Assembly: GCA_030390025.1 (NCBI GenBank)
Contig: CM059431.1
Location: forward strand, 126,792,001 to 126,856,000
Direction: 5' to 3'
Length of the DNA: 64,000 nucleotides
Origin: Squalus acanthias
Taxonomy: Eukaryota
The notes below the pieces were generated by a model, which made no database searches, was not told the origin of the DNA, and was given only the letters and a program-made list of their open reading frames with translations. The position numbers and the translations under genes are program-made. Below are positions 63,325 to 64,000 of this stretch, piece after piece. Numbering within the stretch: position 1 is the first letter of the stretch; each line of letters begins with the position of its first letter.

Positions 63325-63592
63325 GTGTACTCTTTTGGGCAACCCATGAACAAATAAACTGTACCTTAACAAAAATACCTTAAATGAAACTTAACAAATT
63401 AAATTAAAATTTGATTGGCCAGGGTGATGATGCACTCCAGTCCCTGCGGTGCCCATCAGTCACGGAAGGCCTTTAGCGTGCCGGCGGACACCGCGTGCTC
63501 CATCTCCAGGGCCACCTGGGCGTGAACGTGGCTGCGGAAGAGAGGCAGGCAGCCGGGCCGAACTACCCCCTCGACCGCCCGCTGCCTAGACC
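63325..63592 (-). mobile_element. Tx1/L1-like LINE extreme 3' fragment
   Basis: SRQRAVEGVVRPGCLPLFRSHVHAQVALEMEHAVSAGTLKAFRD*WAPQGLECII followed by a T-rich 3' UTR. The clade assignment is from recall. Confidence 0.6.
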
Positions 63593-63775
63593 AGCGCTTT
63601 TCAGAGTAATGCCACTGAGCTAGGTCATTCACGCTTGATTTAATGTTCCAGTCCTTGCTTTGAGCGCTAACAGTTAATTTTGCGTGCACTCTGAATCATT
63701 AGCGCCTGGTGCTAAATCTCTAACTTTTCAAAAGTTAGCACCCAATCCTGGGCTATAATGAATTTCTCCCCCTAG

Positions 63776-64000
63776 GGTTGTATTCCCTGGAATTTAAATG
63801 GTTAAGGGGTGATTTACTCTAAGCTTTCAAGATGTTAAGAAAAACTGATAGGGTATATAGATAGAAACTATTTCCGCTGGATGGGGAGTCTCGGACTAGG
63901 GGATATAGCCTATAAATTAGAGCCAGGCCTTTCTGGAGTGAAGTTAGGAAACACTTCCACACACAAAAGGTGGTAGAAGTTTGGAACTCTCTTCCACAAA
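63776..64000 (+). mobile_element. CR1 LINE, right part
   Basis: Continues the frame from 48273 (LYSLEFKWLRGDLL). Confidence 0.88.

Larger units (their letters stand above)
48274..63772 (+). mobile_element. Harbinger DNA transposon A, full-length but decayed, carrying nested insertions
   Basis: Perfect 14 bp TIR GGGGGAGAAATTCA; TSD TAG at 48271-48273 and 63773-63775. Convergent transposase (+) and MADF (-) genes. Confidence 0.93.

Overview
Eukaryotic, repeat-saturated intronic or intergenic DNA. The repeat families suggest a cartilaginous fish (inference). Most ORFs in the track are chance ORFs or transposon remnants. Nested insertions were resolved from termini and target-site duplications (TSDs). 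(1) A CR1 LINE is split by a 15.5 kb Harbinger element (48274-63772). That element holds a Penelope-like element, a LINE, a Tx1-like fragment and a complete Gypsy retrotransposon (51183-59831; identical 194 bp LTRs; open 1149 aa gag-C/pol frame), whose gag is interrupted by a second, nearly intact Harbinger (51916-56117). (2) There are four copies of an unusually long (~1.65 kb) solo LTR, plus one ~1.45 kb solo LTR of another family, all TG...CA with 4 bp TSDs. (3) Also present are many Harbinger-type MITEs, CR1, other LINE and RTE fragments, and Penelope repeats carrying minimal hammerhead ribozyme cores. The top observation is that the Gypsy element has no tRNA-type primer-binding site. Instead it has an 11 nt tract perfectly complementary to its own LTR, suggesting Tf1-like self-priming or poly(A)-signal masking, and its RT motif reads YLDN instead of YxDD. 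No host gene could be identified; there are only weak minus-strand exon candidates.
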